Assembly: GCA_013239625.1 (NCBI GenBank)
Contig: MU056050.1
Coordinates: 3,706,084-3,770,083, forward strand
Origin: Lama guanicoe
Taxonomy: Eukaryota
DNA length: 64,000 nucleotides
Reading direction: 5' to 3'
This document shows positions 51,734 to 64,000 of this stretch, in pieces. A program made the position numbers and the translations under genes. Within the stretch, counting starts at the first letter, position 1. Each line of letters begins with the position of its first letter. Below the pieces are notes generated by a model, which was not told the origin of the DNA, ran no database searches, and worked only from the letters and a program-made list of their open reading frames with translations.

Positions 51734-54700
51734 TTTTTAAATTGAGGTATAGTTGATTTACAATGTTATATTAGTTTTAGGTGTACAACATAGTGGTACA
51801 CAATTTTTATAGATTATACCATTTATACTTATTATAAAATATTGGCTTTATTCCCTGTGCTGTATAATATATCCGTGTAGCTTATTTATTTTATACATAG
51901 TTGTTTGTACCTCTTAATCATCTATTCTTATCTTGTCCCTCCCCCTTTCCTCACCCCACGGGTACCAACTAATTTGTTCTCTGTATCTGTGAGTCTTTAT
52001 CTGTTTTGGTATATTTACTAGTTTGTTTTATTTTTTTAGATTCCACATGTAAGTGAAAACACACAATATTTGTCTTTCTCTGTCTGACTTATTTCAGTAA
52101 GCATATACCTTCCAGGTTTATCTATGTTGTTGCAAATGGAAAAATTTCATTCTTTTTTATGGCTGAGTCGTATTCCATTGTGTATGTATATTACCACATC
52201 TTTTATCTGTTCATCTGTTGATGGACACTTGGGTTGCTCCCATATCTTGGCTGTTGTAAATAATGCTGCTATGAACATTAGGGTGCAAGTCTCTTTTCAA
52301 ATTACTGTTTTTTTTTTTTCAGATATACCCAAGAGTGAGATTGCTGGATCATATGGTAGTTCTATTTTTAGTTTTTTGAGTAACTTCATGCCATTTTCCA
52401 CAGTCCACAAAGGCACCAGTGGAGCAAATCCGCCACTGCTGCCTGGGGCTAGAATCAAATATCCGTCTTGCCTGTCAATTTGAGGGACCCCTGGGTATGG
52501 ATTCAGGTTTCAGCCCTGCTTGCACCAGGAAGCTGCACACCAGAGACTCTGGAGCAAGCTGAGAAGATTGCTGTATCTGAACCCTGCCTCTCTTCCCTTT
52601 AGAACGCTTGCCACCAATGGTGTCAAGCAACGCCTTCTGGGCTAATGGAGACAGCGGCTCTGGCCTTGCTGCGTTGTGCCCCTCCTCCCCATGTGCACCA
52701 GCAGTGGTGCTTTTTTATGGGGATCTCAAGCTGTTCTGTTCTGCACACACTCCCAACCACAGCCCACACCACACTCCGGCCCCCTAAGGCTGTTTCTGCA
52801 CATTCAGCCCCAGTCCTCTTCCTGGGCTTGTCTGCAGAAGACCGAGTTCCAGCAGTCAGTCTTGGCCTGATCTGCACTTTTCTTTTTCTCTGGTTGAGTC
52901 TGGCTAAAGGTTCATCAATTTTGTTTATCTTCTCAAAGAAGCAGCTCTTAGTTTCATTTGTTTATTCTATTGTTTTCCAATCTCTATTTTATTTATTTCT
53001 ACTCTGATCTTTATGAGTTCTTTCCTTCTGCTCACTTTGGGTTTTGTTTGTTGTTCTTTTTCTAGTTCCTATAGGTACAAGTTTAGATTGTTTATTTGAA
53101 ATTTTTCTTGTTTCCTGAGATAAGCTTGTATCACTAGAAAGCTGACAGTCTTATGGGAGTTCCCTTGTATGTAACTTGTTGCTTTTCCCTTGCTGCTTTT
53201 AATGTTCTCTCTTTATCTTTCATTTTTGCTGTTTTAATTACAGTATGTCTTGATGTGATCCTCTTTGGATTGATCCTGTTTAGGACTCTCTGTGCTTCTT
53301 GTACTTGGATGTCTGTTTTTTCCTCAGGTTAGGAATATTTTCATCTCTTATGCATTGAAATACGCTTTCTGCCCCTTTTTCTTTCCCTTCTCTTTCTGAG
53401 ACCCCTATAATGTAAATGTTAGTATCCTTGATGTATTCTCAGAGGTCTCTTAAATGTCCTCATTTCTTTTTATTAGTTTTCTGTTTATCTTCAGTGATTT
53501 TCACTACTCTGTTTTCCAGTTCACTGATCTTTTCCTCTGTATCATTTACTCTATTGTTGATTCTTCCTAGTGTATTTTTTCATTTCAGTTATTATGTCCT
53601 TTATCTCTGTTTGGCTTTTCTTTATATTTTCTAGCTCTTTGTTAAAACCTTCTGTCTTCTCACATTGTACACCCATTCTTCTCTTGAATTCTTTGACCAT
53701 CTTCAGGATCACTACCTCGAACTCTTTCTCATGTACATTTGCTATCTCAACTTCACTTAGTTCTTTTTCGGGGGTTTTATTCTAATCCTTTATTTGGAAC
53801 ATGTTCTTCTCCCTAATATGCTGTTTTTATTTCTATATATCTGCTATGTTGGTTATGCTTCCTGACTGACATTAGAGAATTAGCTTTTTTAACGAGTTAT
53901 CCTATGTGTCCCAGAAGTATACTCCCCTCTGTTCACTAAAGTTACATGCTCTACTGGTGCCGTCTGTGTGGCCTTCTTGAGTCCTTCTGTTGTGGTGGGC
54001 TGACTACTTTGGGTACTCTGGTAGGCTTGGCTGGCCTCTGGTCCAGTGTCTTACCAGGCCCTATCTTGTGCAGAGGCTTCTGGCTACTGCTTGTTTGGGG
54101 CCAGGTCACAAGGCAGCCGAGTGTCCTGGTCCTAGTGCTGGCTCCCTGATGGTGGAAGTCAGGTTTCAGGAGATCCCCTGACTGGTGCCCGCATAGTGGT
54201 GGGTGAAGTTAAGTCCTGGGGCTAGTGCTGAACCCCTGGCAGGCAAAGCCAGGTCCTGGGGTCTGGCTGCAGAACCTAGGGATCCCAGAGGTGGTGTCAG
54301 ACCACTGGTGGGTGGTGCCACTCATTCCTGATGCAACTGGCTGTAGGATCTGGGGTGTCCTTAAACTTGTGTTGGCCTGCTGGTAGGCAGGGTTGTGGCC
54401 CTGCTGGTCCCAAGTCTGCTGCTGGCCTGCTGGTGGGTGAGCCCTGTCTGCATCTGTGGGGCTGAGGTTTTCCTGGGGCTGTTGTCTACCCAGTGGTGGG
54501 CAAGCCTGGTCCTGAAGCTAGAGCAGGCTCAGTGGTGGATGGGGTGGGATCCAGCTTGTCTTAGGGCTGGTGCTGGCCTGCTGGTGGATTGGCTGAGTCC
54601 AAAGGCTGTGGGCCTGTGGTTTTCCTTGAGCTGGTATCTGTCCCTGGTGGGTGAGGCTGTGCCTAAGGCTAGATCAGGCTCATTGGTGGGCAAGGCTGAT

Positions 54701-55655
54701 GATTCTGGGGCTGGTGTCTGCCTATTGTTGGGTAGAGCTGGGTTCTGGGGTTTCTGGCTGCAGGGCCCTGAAGGTCCTGGATCTAGTGCCTGTGCACTGG
54801 TGTGTGGGCCTTGGTTCTGGGCCTTCTGGTGACCAGGGCTGTGTCCAGGGTTTCCTGTAGACTCACGGTTTCTTAAGGCTACCTGTCTGCTGGTGGGTGA
54901 GTATGGCTGTGTCCTTACCCAGTTGCTTGCCCTGAGGTGTTCCAGTACTGATGCCTCCTGGCTGGTGGGTGTGGGCAGGGCTGGGTCCTGAGGCTAGAGC
55001 TAGAAGGAGGATTCCAAAATAGTACTTGCCAGCACCAGAGTTCACATGGTAGAAGGTGCTCCCAGAAATGGCTTCCATCAGTGTCTGTGTCCCCAGAGTA
55101 GGCTCCTGTTGCCTCCTGCCTTAGCAAGAGACTCTCCAAGATCAAGTAGATCTGACCCAGGCTCATTTTAGATAATTGATTCTGCCCTGGGTCCTGGAGC
55201 AGGTAAGATTTTTGCATGCAGCCTTTAAAAGTAGACTCTCTATTTCCCACAGCTGTCTGGATCTCCCCAAAGCCCTGCTGGCCTTCAAATCCAAATATTC
55301 TAGGGGCTCATCTTCCCAGTACAGAACCCCCATGCTGGGGAGCCTGATGTGGGGCTCAGACCCCTCAGGCCTTGGGGAGAACCTCTGCAGTTGTAATTAT
55401 TCTTCCATTTTGGGGTCACTCACCTGAGGGTATGGGTCTTTATTATACTGCGACCCTGCCCCTCCTACCCATCTCATTGTGGTTCCTTCTTTATATGTTT
55501 AGTTGTAGAAGATCCTTTCTGGTACATTTCAGTCTTTTGTTGATAAACTTTCTTTAGATAATTGTAATGTTGTGTCCGTAAGAGGAGAACGGTGTGCCCA
55601 TGAGAGGAGGTGAGCTCAGGGTCTTTTTACTCCACCATCTTCGCTGATCTCTTCT
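51734..55655 (-). mobile_element. TSD-flanked rearranged/deleted L1 (~3.9 kb)
   Basis: TSD GCAGTGTGTAAGTCTT (51718-51733) / GCACTGTGTAAGTCTT (55656-55671); minus-strand L1 start ...AAGATGGTGGAGTAAAAAGACCCTGAGCTCACC; GC-rich 5'UTR, partial ORF1, short ORF2 piece, GC-rich insert, ORF2 end, 3'UTR and polyA. Confidence 0.9.
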
Positions 55656-57894
55656 GCACTGTGTAAGTCTTCAACAGCCACTCTCAAATGAACAGGGCAT
55701 TGAAAATTTCAGACTGTAAAGAGTTCATTAAAAGTACACATAGGAAGATGGACAGTATTTACTCTGACTTCATTTTGAGTCAAGTCATTTCATCTTGGCA
55801 ACATCGTACCCAATATATATCATGTGATAATGTTGAAAAAAAAAAGAAAAACCTTAGGTTAGCGAATTAATTTAGTTGTGGCAAAATGTAGAACATACAG
55901 CCTGCTTAAGCCCTTTAGTGATCTCTATACTTTTTGATTAGGATTTAGATGGATATTAGTTCTAGAAGCAAAAGATACAAGTTCTTTTCTGAAATAGAAG
56001 CAGAATAAGAGAAGCAAAAGTACAGTGGGGTTCTACAGAAGTAGTGCAGTCTAAGTCACAGCTATGGCTGATTTTAGTATTGCCTTCTCAGCTTTCCTGC
56101 TGCCTAAAATAATGTCTTCCTACAGATAACACACACACTTGGGTGTGCAGACTTGCATACACATGTACCTACATGTGTACACAGACACACATCCCTCCCC
56201 TCATATTTCTGCTTTGCCCCAAGCCTTTAACCAGCTACTTATACTTTATAACATTTTCTTTGAAACGCAAGCATCTGTCTACTTCTGTTGGAACAGGTCT
56301 ATTTATAATTACAGAATCATGGCCTTTGCTGGATTAAATATTCATGTACACTCCACTGCCAAACTGCACTTATGGCATAGTAAACTGCAGACATTATCAT
56401 ATTAAAAGCAATTTAGCAACATGGTTCATGCCAACTTAATAAAAATGTCATTTTAAATATTGTTTAAGAGCACTAGTTTAACAACTTTTATAACACTGGA
56501 CCACCACAATGTATTTATTATCTACAGTATATTTGGAGAAACTAAAATGGAAATGGAATGACGCAGTTGAACTCAGCCAAGTAATGACAAGGCATTAATA
56601 AAGGGTTTCCATTCATTTTTGAGCAATGCTGGTACATGGGGGTGATCTGATGCTATTGAATTTCTCCCAGTATCTAGGCTGCTGACTGCCTGGCATATCC
56701 ATACACTGTAGTGCCTTGCATTTATGAACTACACAAACACAATACTGGACAATTTGGCTTATTGGAGTGGGAATGTATTTGCAAAGGATGAATGCCAAAA
56801 TGCTATTCTCTATATAAATTCTCTTAGTTTACTTCTGTTTGTTGTTCAGTGGGGTCAAATCAAAGTGTGTATGTGTGTTGAAATTTAAAAATATACTTTG
56901 TATAATCCAGAGATAGGTGTGAAATTTAGATTAGCTAAAGCAATCTTCAGGAATATTCTACTATTCTACTACTCTCTTATTAGTGCATTGTTTTCTCTCC
57001 CTCCATTTGTCCGTTTCTTCCTTTTTTCCTTTTATTTTCATCCCTGGGAGACGTTCAAGGCTACAGAGTACAGAAACATCTATTGGGCAGTAAGAATTTA
57101 TAAAGAAAGTATAAGTTTAAGGCTGCAGCTTGAATTTTGAATGTGAATTGTATAATATTTTCCTTTCAGTTTTTTTTTAAATCAGAACATCTTTAAAAAG
57201 ATTATTTATGATCCAAATATTATAATTTGAAAGGTTACTTAATTGGATTGCTTCATTTATAGAAACTGTGACTAAGGAATATTTGCTGACTCATTTATTT
57301 CATGTAAATGCTCTAGAATGCTCTAAAATGAAAATAAAATAACTATCAAACTCATTTTTTGGGGAAAAATTTTGTCTTAAGAACCCAATTAAAATGTTAT
57401 AATATAGAATATAGCACCATATGGTCTTTAATATATGGCAGATTGATACAGGAACATTTTGAGCCAACTTCAAGTATGACCATTATTGTGTCTCAGTATT
57501 GACTCAACAGCTCAGGAGCCACTTACAGAAACTGTAGTGTTTAATCAATTTAGTGAAATATTCCACTATACAATTCAAATATTATGTCTTTCAATAAGAA
57601 TCATATGTAACTCTGTTTCAAATAAAAAACAAAAACAAAAATGAATTGACCACCAGCGCTTTGGCACTAATGTAGATAGACAATGTGATAGAAAAAGAGA
57701 TGTCATGACTTTGTGAATGTAACAGCACACCATTTCTTGTTTAAAAAAAAAAAAAGAATACCCAGAAATATAGTAGGCATCTGTAATTCTTATGTGTATA
57801 ATTAAACATTTAGTTACATTTTAAATAGGTAATTTTCATTTGAATATGTTATGCCTTTCTTTTAAAATAATAGCGCAGTTACTAGGTGTAAGGA

Positions 57895-58050
57895 TAAAAT
57901 GGTGAAAGGTATTAGGTATCCAAGCTTCCTCTTTCCTGCTCTGCCACTAACTAATTTACCTACTTCACGTCTCTGGGCTTCAACTTTTTCATCTCTGTAA
58001 AGAACAATAAGGATTAAACATCTCCAAGGTCCTTTCACTTCTAGTATATC
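57895..58050 (+). mobile_element. MIR remnant
   Basis: TCCTGCTCTGCCACTAACTA...CTCTGGGCTTCAAC...ATCTCCAAGGTCCTTTC. Confidence 0.6.
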
Positions 58051-58377
58051 TATGGTTTTATTTAAATAATCTTAGTATTGACAATAACTGAGTATCTAAA
58101 AGTTTAGCCTTTGATACTTTTCATATGCACCATTTCTAATTACTGTGACTCAATACCTATTGATAGCAGTAGAAACTGATTTCTATTTTTCCAAATATTT
58201 TATAGTATTATTTTGAGGAAAATATATACTTAGACTATCACGAGTTGGCATTCACACCTCAGTTATAGATGGGACATGAAAATTTCAAAAGAATGTGTCA
58301 GAACTTTTAACTTATTCGGGAGAAAAATAACTAGTATAAGTTAATTTGGGATATATGTTTAGGTTATCAAAAGAAGA

Positions 58378-58861
58378 TGTATTAGTTTTCTGTGCTATAA
58401 AACAAATTATCACAAAATTAATAGCTTAAAAACACACATTTATTATCTCATAATTTCTATGGGCCAAGGATCCAGGCACAGTTTATCTGAGTCCTCAGCA
58501 AGACTGTAATCATGGTATCAGTGAGGGCTTCATTTTCATCTGGAGGTTTGACTGAGTAAGTGTCTGCCTCCACGCTCTCTCAGATTGTTGACAGAATTTG
58601 TTTCCTTATGGCTGTAGGACTCATGGCAATCTTGCTTCTTCAAAGCCAGCAAGGAGAACGAGATGCTGAGCAAGTCTGCTAGCAAGATAGAGTTTTGTGT
58701 AACATAACATAGTGATGGTAGTGACATCCCATCACCTTTGACATATTTTGTTGGTTAGAAGAAAGTCATCAGTCCCACCTACACTCAGAGGGAGATTATA
58801 CAAAGACATGAACACCAGGAGGCAAGTGCCATGGAAGCTACCTAAAAGTCTATTCACCACA
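58378..58861 (-). mobile_element. Solo MaLR LTR (MLT1D/E-like)
   Basis: TG...CA ends; perfect 5-bp TSD GAAGA (58373-58377 / 58862-58866); TGTATTAGTTTTCT...CATTTATTATCTCA typical of antisense MLT1. Confidence 0.9.
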
Positions 58862-58886
58862 GAAGAAATATGAAAGTGCAAATTGT

Positions 58887-59528
58887 GCTTCACCAGACAG
58901 GACCCTGGGAGCCCTCCCTGATATAAGTCACTCTGTTCTGTATCCTCCCTTTCTTGTTTGTAGCAAAAGGCTTTAGTCTCCTAGGCCTTACCTGAGTTCT
59001 AAAGAGCCAACTCAAGCAGTTACTAGTTAGGAAAGTGAGTAAATGCAGAAACAAAGGAAAAGCAGTTAAGAAAAGTAATGATAACTTAATAGTCAGTGAT
59101 AAAGCAGAGTCCTAGTTCTTCCTCAAGGAATATACATAACAACGTGATGTATATCTTTGAGTTCTGTAGAAACTAGGATCCCTTCACCTGTCTGGGTGGG
59201 GGATGGTGACTGCGTGCTGACCACAAGCCTGTGGACTTCAGACTGGTTGGAACCAGAAAGTTTATGATTGAGATCCCAAAACATTGTCCTGTACCTCACC
59301 ACCAACCAATCAGAAAAAAGACCACAAGGTGCAACCCTCACCCTAAGTGTTGCTTTTTAGGAACCCTCACCTGAAAGTCATGGGGGAATGGGAGTCTTTT
59401 GAGCATGAGCTGTCCATTCTCCTTGCTTGGTGCTCTGCAAATAAATGCTGTACTTTGACCACACCCAGTGTCAGTAGATTGGCGGTGCTGTGTCAGGGGC
59501 AAGTGGACTCAAGTTTGGTTAGGTAATG
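58887..59528 (+). mobile_element. Solo ERV1-type LTR (MER41/LTR39-like)
   Basis: CCAAT at 59306, GTCTTTTGAGCATGAGCTG, AATAAA at 59440-59445 and end AAGTTTGGTTAGGTAA; exact ends uncertain. Confidence 0.8.
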
Positions 59529-59539
59529 CATTATAATTT

Positions 59540-59630
59540 CTTCTCTTCCCTCTCTCTCTTCTCTCTCTCCCTTTTCTCTTTTCCTTCTTACCTCCTTCCC
59601 TTCCTTCTCCTCTCTCTCATCTTTTTCTTG
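59540..59630. repeat. CT-rich low complexity
   Basis: Directly visible polypyrimidine tract. Confidence 0.8.
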
Positions 59631-60986
59631 TACTAAAACTGATCATGGTGACTGAATTGTGCAGATGTTCTGTGTACATGTGACAGGTCAACAACTGTAT
59701 TAGTGGCTTTGAAGCCTCAGATACAGTTATGTATCCTGAGGACAGACAGTTGGCTCTTCTGCTTTACCAGAATACTAGCTACTAATGAATTATGTGATAA
59801 TCTGTCAAATGCTTTTACTCCTGGCTATGCAATTATGTGAAAAATCCCCTGATGAAAATCTGTCTCTGAACTGTAACCAAGTCAAAGTTTCAAGTGAAGA
59901 TTGATTTGTCTTAGCAGCTAGTGTAGGATAATTCTCACTTATTTAATGATGTGGTTCCATTATCAGTGATTTAACACTCAATATTTTAAAATACTTATAT
60001 TTCTAAAAGACAGGTATTTTCTAGAAATTTAGCAAATAGAGGGAGAAAACATAAACACAGTGTTACTAACAGAAGACAAAGGAAGAGACCTTTTTTCGGT
60101 ACCATTCACTCAAATGTTCACAGATTGATGATCCGATGGCTATTTTGTTTTCTCTTATTCTTCTGGTCTATGGCTAATCTCATCACTACTGCTACTTCTG
60201 GGTGGTCAGGAAGAGATAAGTACGTAAATTCAAGCTCAAACTTTTTTTTTTTTTGCCACTCTTATAAGGAAGAAAAATGTCTCTAGTTAAATCCTATGGA
60301 CTTCAGTTAAATCTTGGAATTTTCCTTCTGCTGAGTTCCTCTTAGTGTTTGTTTCTTTTGTAGACTAGTGGTTCTGTGTGGCAGTGATTTAGGGTGGGGT
60401 TATTCAGATTATTTTTTGATCCAGTGTTGAAATTTCTGATCATCTTTTGTGTCTGTGTTGCTTTTCTGCTTCAACACTGTTGAAAAACTTTAAAACTGCA
60501 TTAAATAGGGTACTAGCTCCAATTGCATGTTGTGACTTTTGTATAGAAGAATTACTCTTGTTTACTTTCTTTACTGAACAATGCAATGTTGTAAAATGAA
60601 TGAAGTCTACAATTGTTAATGACAAGATGAAACAGTAAAGAACATTGACAGAAATTGCTATGTGGGATGGAGGTGTTAACCAAACCAAATGCAGCCCTTT
60701 TTTTATTGGAAGGATGGCATATTAAGACATTATATACTTCACTTAAAGGAATTCCAAAGGAGATGAAATAATCATTTTTATGAAAATAGCAAAGAAGATT
60801 ATGAATTCTTCTAATACATGGGTCACGTATGCTGAGGAGGACAATACTCCTTAGTTCACAAGTATATTTCAAATGAAAGGGAAATACCTTCCTCTTTATT
60901 TCTACATACTTTAAAAAGTTAATACACTCAGTTAGAAACATTAATAAATCCAGTAATTAAGAGATTGTAGTGTAACTCCAGCAACT

Positions 60987-61202
60987 TTTTTTAATTGAAG
61001 CATAGTCGATTTACAATATTGTGTTAATTTCTGTGCACAGCATAGTGATTCAATTATATATAAATATGTGTGTGTGTTGTGTATATTATATATATAATAT
61101 ATATATTCCTTTTCATGTTCTTTTTCATTATAGGCCATTATAAGGTATTGAATATAGTTAGTTCCCTGTGCTGTACCGTAGGACCTTGTTGTTTATCTAA
61201 GG
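60987..61202 (-). mobile_element. Short L1 3' tail insertion (camelid-type) with internal TG/TA microsatellite
   Basis: TSD TCCAGCAACT at 60977-60986 and 61203-61212; tail homologous to 44140-44312. Confidence 0.88.
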
Positions 61203-61725
61203 TCCAGCAACTCTTGGTTGTAGCTTACCAACAAAATGTTAACCATAGAAAAAAAGAAGTATTTAGTTGGCACACAGTGAATCTATAGAACTATTAGAAA
61301 TGAGGCAGGTCTGTTATCTGCTTTCTATAGACCTTTAAGCTTTCAAAGAGTATGTATAATTTCATGTTAATCCAGTGCCCTAAAGGATATATTTTCCATT
61401 GATATTATGCAAGATTATACGGTGATATTTTGTTATTCAGTAATACTTTCTGATCAACTATATTCAAGTATCTGGTAATAATTATTCATTGTTTTGAGTA
61501 TTTTCATATGAAATAAAGAGTTTAATAATTCCTTAAAAATATGGTTTTAAATTGCTTGAACAATTTTTAAATGGAATTTTTAAATTCAATCTTTGGTCTA
61601 AATTTTTTCTCCCTTCTCTGCCAAATCACCCCAGTGGAATATACCTCTAATTTAAAAAATATAAGCCAGAGGAAAAATTATGTTTTTGTAAACAGAAATA
61701 TATAATCTGTTTTTCAGGAACTCAC

Positions 61726-61766
61726 CCATTCTTTTAAAAAATGTTCACAAGGATAATACTGGTAGA
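61726..61766 (-). CDS. Candidate 41-bp exon (only open frame: (F)YQYYPCEHFLKEW); unidentified gene, may be spurious
   Basis: Acceptor CCTTATTCTAACACTGCAG and donor TGG|GTGAGT; phase matches candidate exon 62953-62993. Confidence 0.22.
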
Positions 61767-62519
61767 CTGCAGTGTTAGAATAAGGCCAATTATCTATTTT
61801 CTTTCCCATGCAGTTTCATTTTCCCCTAGTAGCTATTTCTATGGTCAAATAGCAATGATTATTCAGGTTTTGAAGGTAGTAAAAGATTTTTACAGGTAGT
61901 TAAGCAACTGAATAGAAAGCCTAGAACAGAGAATTATATTTGTAGCCCACAGGTCAAGGGCATGAAATAGTTGAATGCGTAAACCTCAGCAAAATAGCGT
62001 TTTTTAAATTGTTGCAAGGAATCACCTTTTAATTCTAGCTTCTATATTGTACAGTTTTAATAAATTGGCTAAGAGGAAAAGACCTTTGAGTAATATAAAG
62101 TATGAACTTTGAATAATTTCTGAGAGAGAATGGTAAGTATGCAATTATCATATCAGAAATTAGGTAAGTCTTTTGTGGTCAGGCAGAGGCATAAACTGGT
62201 GGCAGATGTGGAAGTACCATATAGTTCAGAGACCAGTGAAAAGGGATTGTCTGATATTTGTTTTTTGATGTATAGTGTATATGCTTAAATTGATACTCAG
62301 CAAACTGTATATAATTTATTATGTAGTTAATGATTTTGTTCTTAAATTTTTGTGATTTTTATGAAGCTTTGAATTTAAAGTAGCAATTTATGTTTTAAGA
62401 AGACGTTTAGATTGGATGGACTCAAGTGCCATTTTAGTTAAAGTTCTATGGATTGTAAGAATAACTCCTAAGTGGAGCTTGTTCCTATTTGGGTGAACCA
62501 CTTTTAAGAAAGTCTTTGC

Positions 62520-62695
62520 CAATAAATGATTCAGGTAACAACTGCCTGAAAATTTAAGTACTCCTGTGTTTTCCTTTGGAAAATGGGATGATTAATATTG
62601 GCTCATTTTTTTAGGTATATATGAGCAATCATTAATAAAAATTATTATAGGTACTTGATAAAATACTAAATCTGTACAAATGTTTGTTCAACAAG
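62520..62695 (+). mobile_element. MIR remnant
   Basis: TTTCCTTTGGAAAATGGGATGATTAATA and a MIR-like tail. Confidence 0.5.
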
Positions 62696-62952
62696 AATAA
62701 CAATAGTGACAGTACTTTGCATCCTACCAAATGCCCCCATTTCAATGAAGCAAGTTCTCTCCTTCAAGCTTCTATGTAATTTATTGCCAACAGCAAAAAG
62801 TATCTCAGTTTACCTACGCTCACTGCTGCTAATGTTTTTAACTCATTACCACAAAAAGTATTCTGAAAGAACTTTGATAACTAAAGGAAGTAAACGTGAA
62901 ATCCAGTTCTTTTTTATAATTCTTTTACCACTACTACATCTCTCCTACTTAC

Positions 62953-62993
62953 AAAAAACAGATACTAGTATTTCTGTGAACTCTTCAGAAGTG
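62953..62993 (-). CDS. Candidate 41-bp exon (only open frame: TSEEFTEILVSVF); unidentified gene, may be spurious
   Basis: Acceptor TTATTTTTCCCTATCTTTAG and donor GTAAGT. Confidence 0.22.
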
Positions 62994-64000
62994 CTAAAGA
63001 TAGGGAAAAATAAATCTCTTGGACTCTAAATTCCTCTGGCACTTCTACCCCAGTCTCATTTTCATTCTCATCTTAAATAAAAACAGAGCTTTTAATTTTA
63101 AAAGAAATTATAACAGATGAATTTATTTTGCATTTCTCAGGAGTCTTTATCATGACTGATAGAGGAATGTACATTGTTAAGATTCTAGAAAAGAGACTTC
63201 GTAACTAGGTAAAACAATAGAGCAGAAAGGCTGAGTGATTTAAGGGTGGATTAAGTGTAATTCAGTGTATGAACCAGAGATCCCCCAGGATTTACAATCC
63301 CTTAACCCAAATATCTACCTATAAGCTTCTCTTAAGTTGCCTTTCTTGGAAATCTGTATACCCTCTATAAATTCAGCTTTTTCTTTGGAGGAGTTAGGAC
63401 CAGAGTCACCTTCTTACAAAAAATAGACTGAGTAAATGCCTAGGACTGTAAAATACTAAGCTTTGTAAGAGAGGTCCACATTTTGTCTCTGTCCTTCTTG
63501 TCAGTATGATTTTACAGTTAGCAAACTTATCTTCAGTTGTTGTCACTGCCTTCCTTTCTGTATTCTTCTCTATATTGGATCATGATGATTATTTTTATTC
63601 TTCTTTCTGTTCCTTTTCCTTCTCTTCTTTCTATGAATTTTGTAGTGGTCATATCTATTGCATAACATAGCAATGGACCCTGCAGTGGATTAGTATTGTT
63701 ATATGTGTCAGTAGCTACAATACAGGCTTTTATTCCTTTGCAAAAGTTAGGGAGAGTTGTCCTGCTTTCCCTCCTTTCTGTTCTCACTGGTCTTTCATTG
63801 TCTTTCGTAAAATCTTGTCCCTTTCTCCTGTTTATATATAATAAGGGGACTCAGTGATCATTTTGGTAATATGTTTCAGTGACTGGCCCTTCTATGATTG
63901 ATACGATGTTTCCTTTTGGAAGAAATGCACACATAAAAATGGAGAGGAGAGCAGAGAACTTCCTTCAAGCTACTAGATTATTACTGCTATTACTATTACT

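Noticed and set aside
52645..53007. 120-aa ORF across the GC-rich block
   Set aside because: Antisense to the L1 and spans a rearrangement junction; compositional artefact.
54395..54832. 145-aa Trp/Gly/Leu-rich ORF
   Set aside because: Antisense reading of the GC-rich repetitive L1 5'UTR, where stop codons are rare.
56158..56179. 10-bp inverted repeat TACACATGTA-CC-TACATGTGTA
   Set aside because: Embedded in a degenerate CA/TG tract where short palindromes are expected.
63141..63200. Plus-strand 60-bp exon candidate
   Set aside because: Good acceptor but weak donor (GTAACT); unrecognised peptide.
63533..63787. 84-aa basic, charged minus-strand ORF
   Set aside because: Translation of a purine-rich low-complexity tract; no homology or solid splice signals.
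1..64000. Prokaryotic-type systems (CRISPR arrays, operons, defence islands) and structural RNA genes
   Set aside because: The sequence is mammalian and repeat-rich; no repeat-spacer arrays, dense long ORFs, or tRNA/rRNA-like sequence were seen.

Overview
AT-rich, CpG-depleted mammalian genomic DNA with no prokaryotic features. It is probably from a camelid: the young L1 3' tails resemble camelid L1 as I recall it, and I saw no Alu, Bov-tA/Bov-A2, PRE1 or carnivore SINEs (inference, not a database match). More than half of the window is decayed transposable elements. These include a near full-length old L1 (1142-8040) carrying a nested solo LTR, several deleted or fragmented L1s, and an ancient two-LTR ERVL-class provirus (MER76-like, minus strand, 27632-33390) with recognisable protease, RT, RNase H-linker and integrase remnants. 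There is also a TSD-flanked scrambled L1 (51734-55655), three young 5'-truncated L1 tails with clean TSDs, solo LTRs, hAT and Tigger DNA-transposon relics, and MIR/L2 remnants. I could not identify an intact protein-coding gene; the ORF track is almost all TE-derived or chance. A few short minus-strand exon-like segments and two motif-rich unique regions are low-confidence candidates. I see no convincing new biological system. The most interesting items are TE-structural. Repeat family names come from recalled consensus resemblance and need RepeatMasker/Dfam confirmation.
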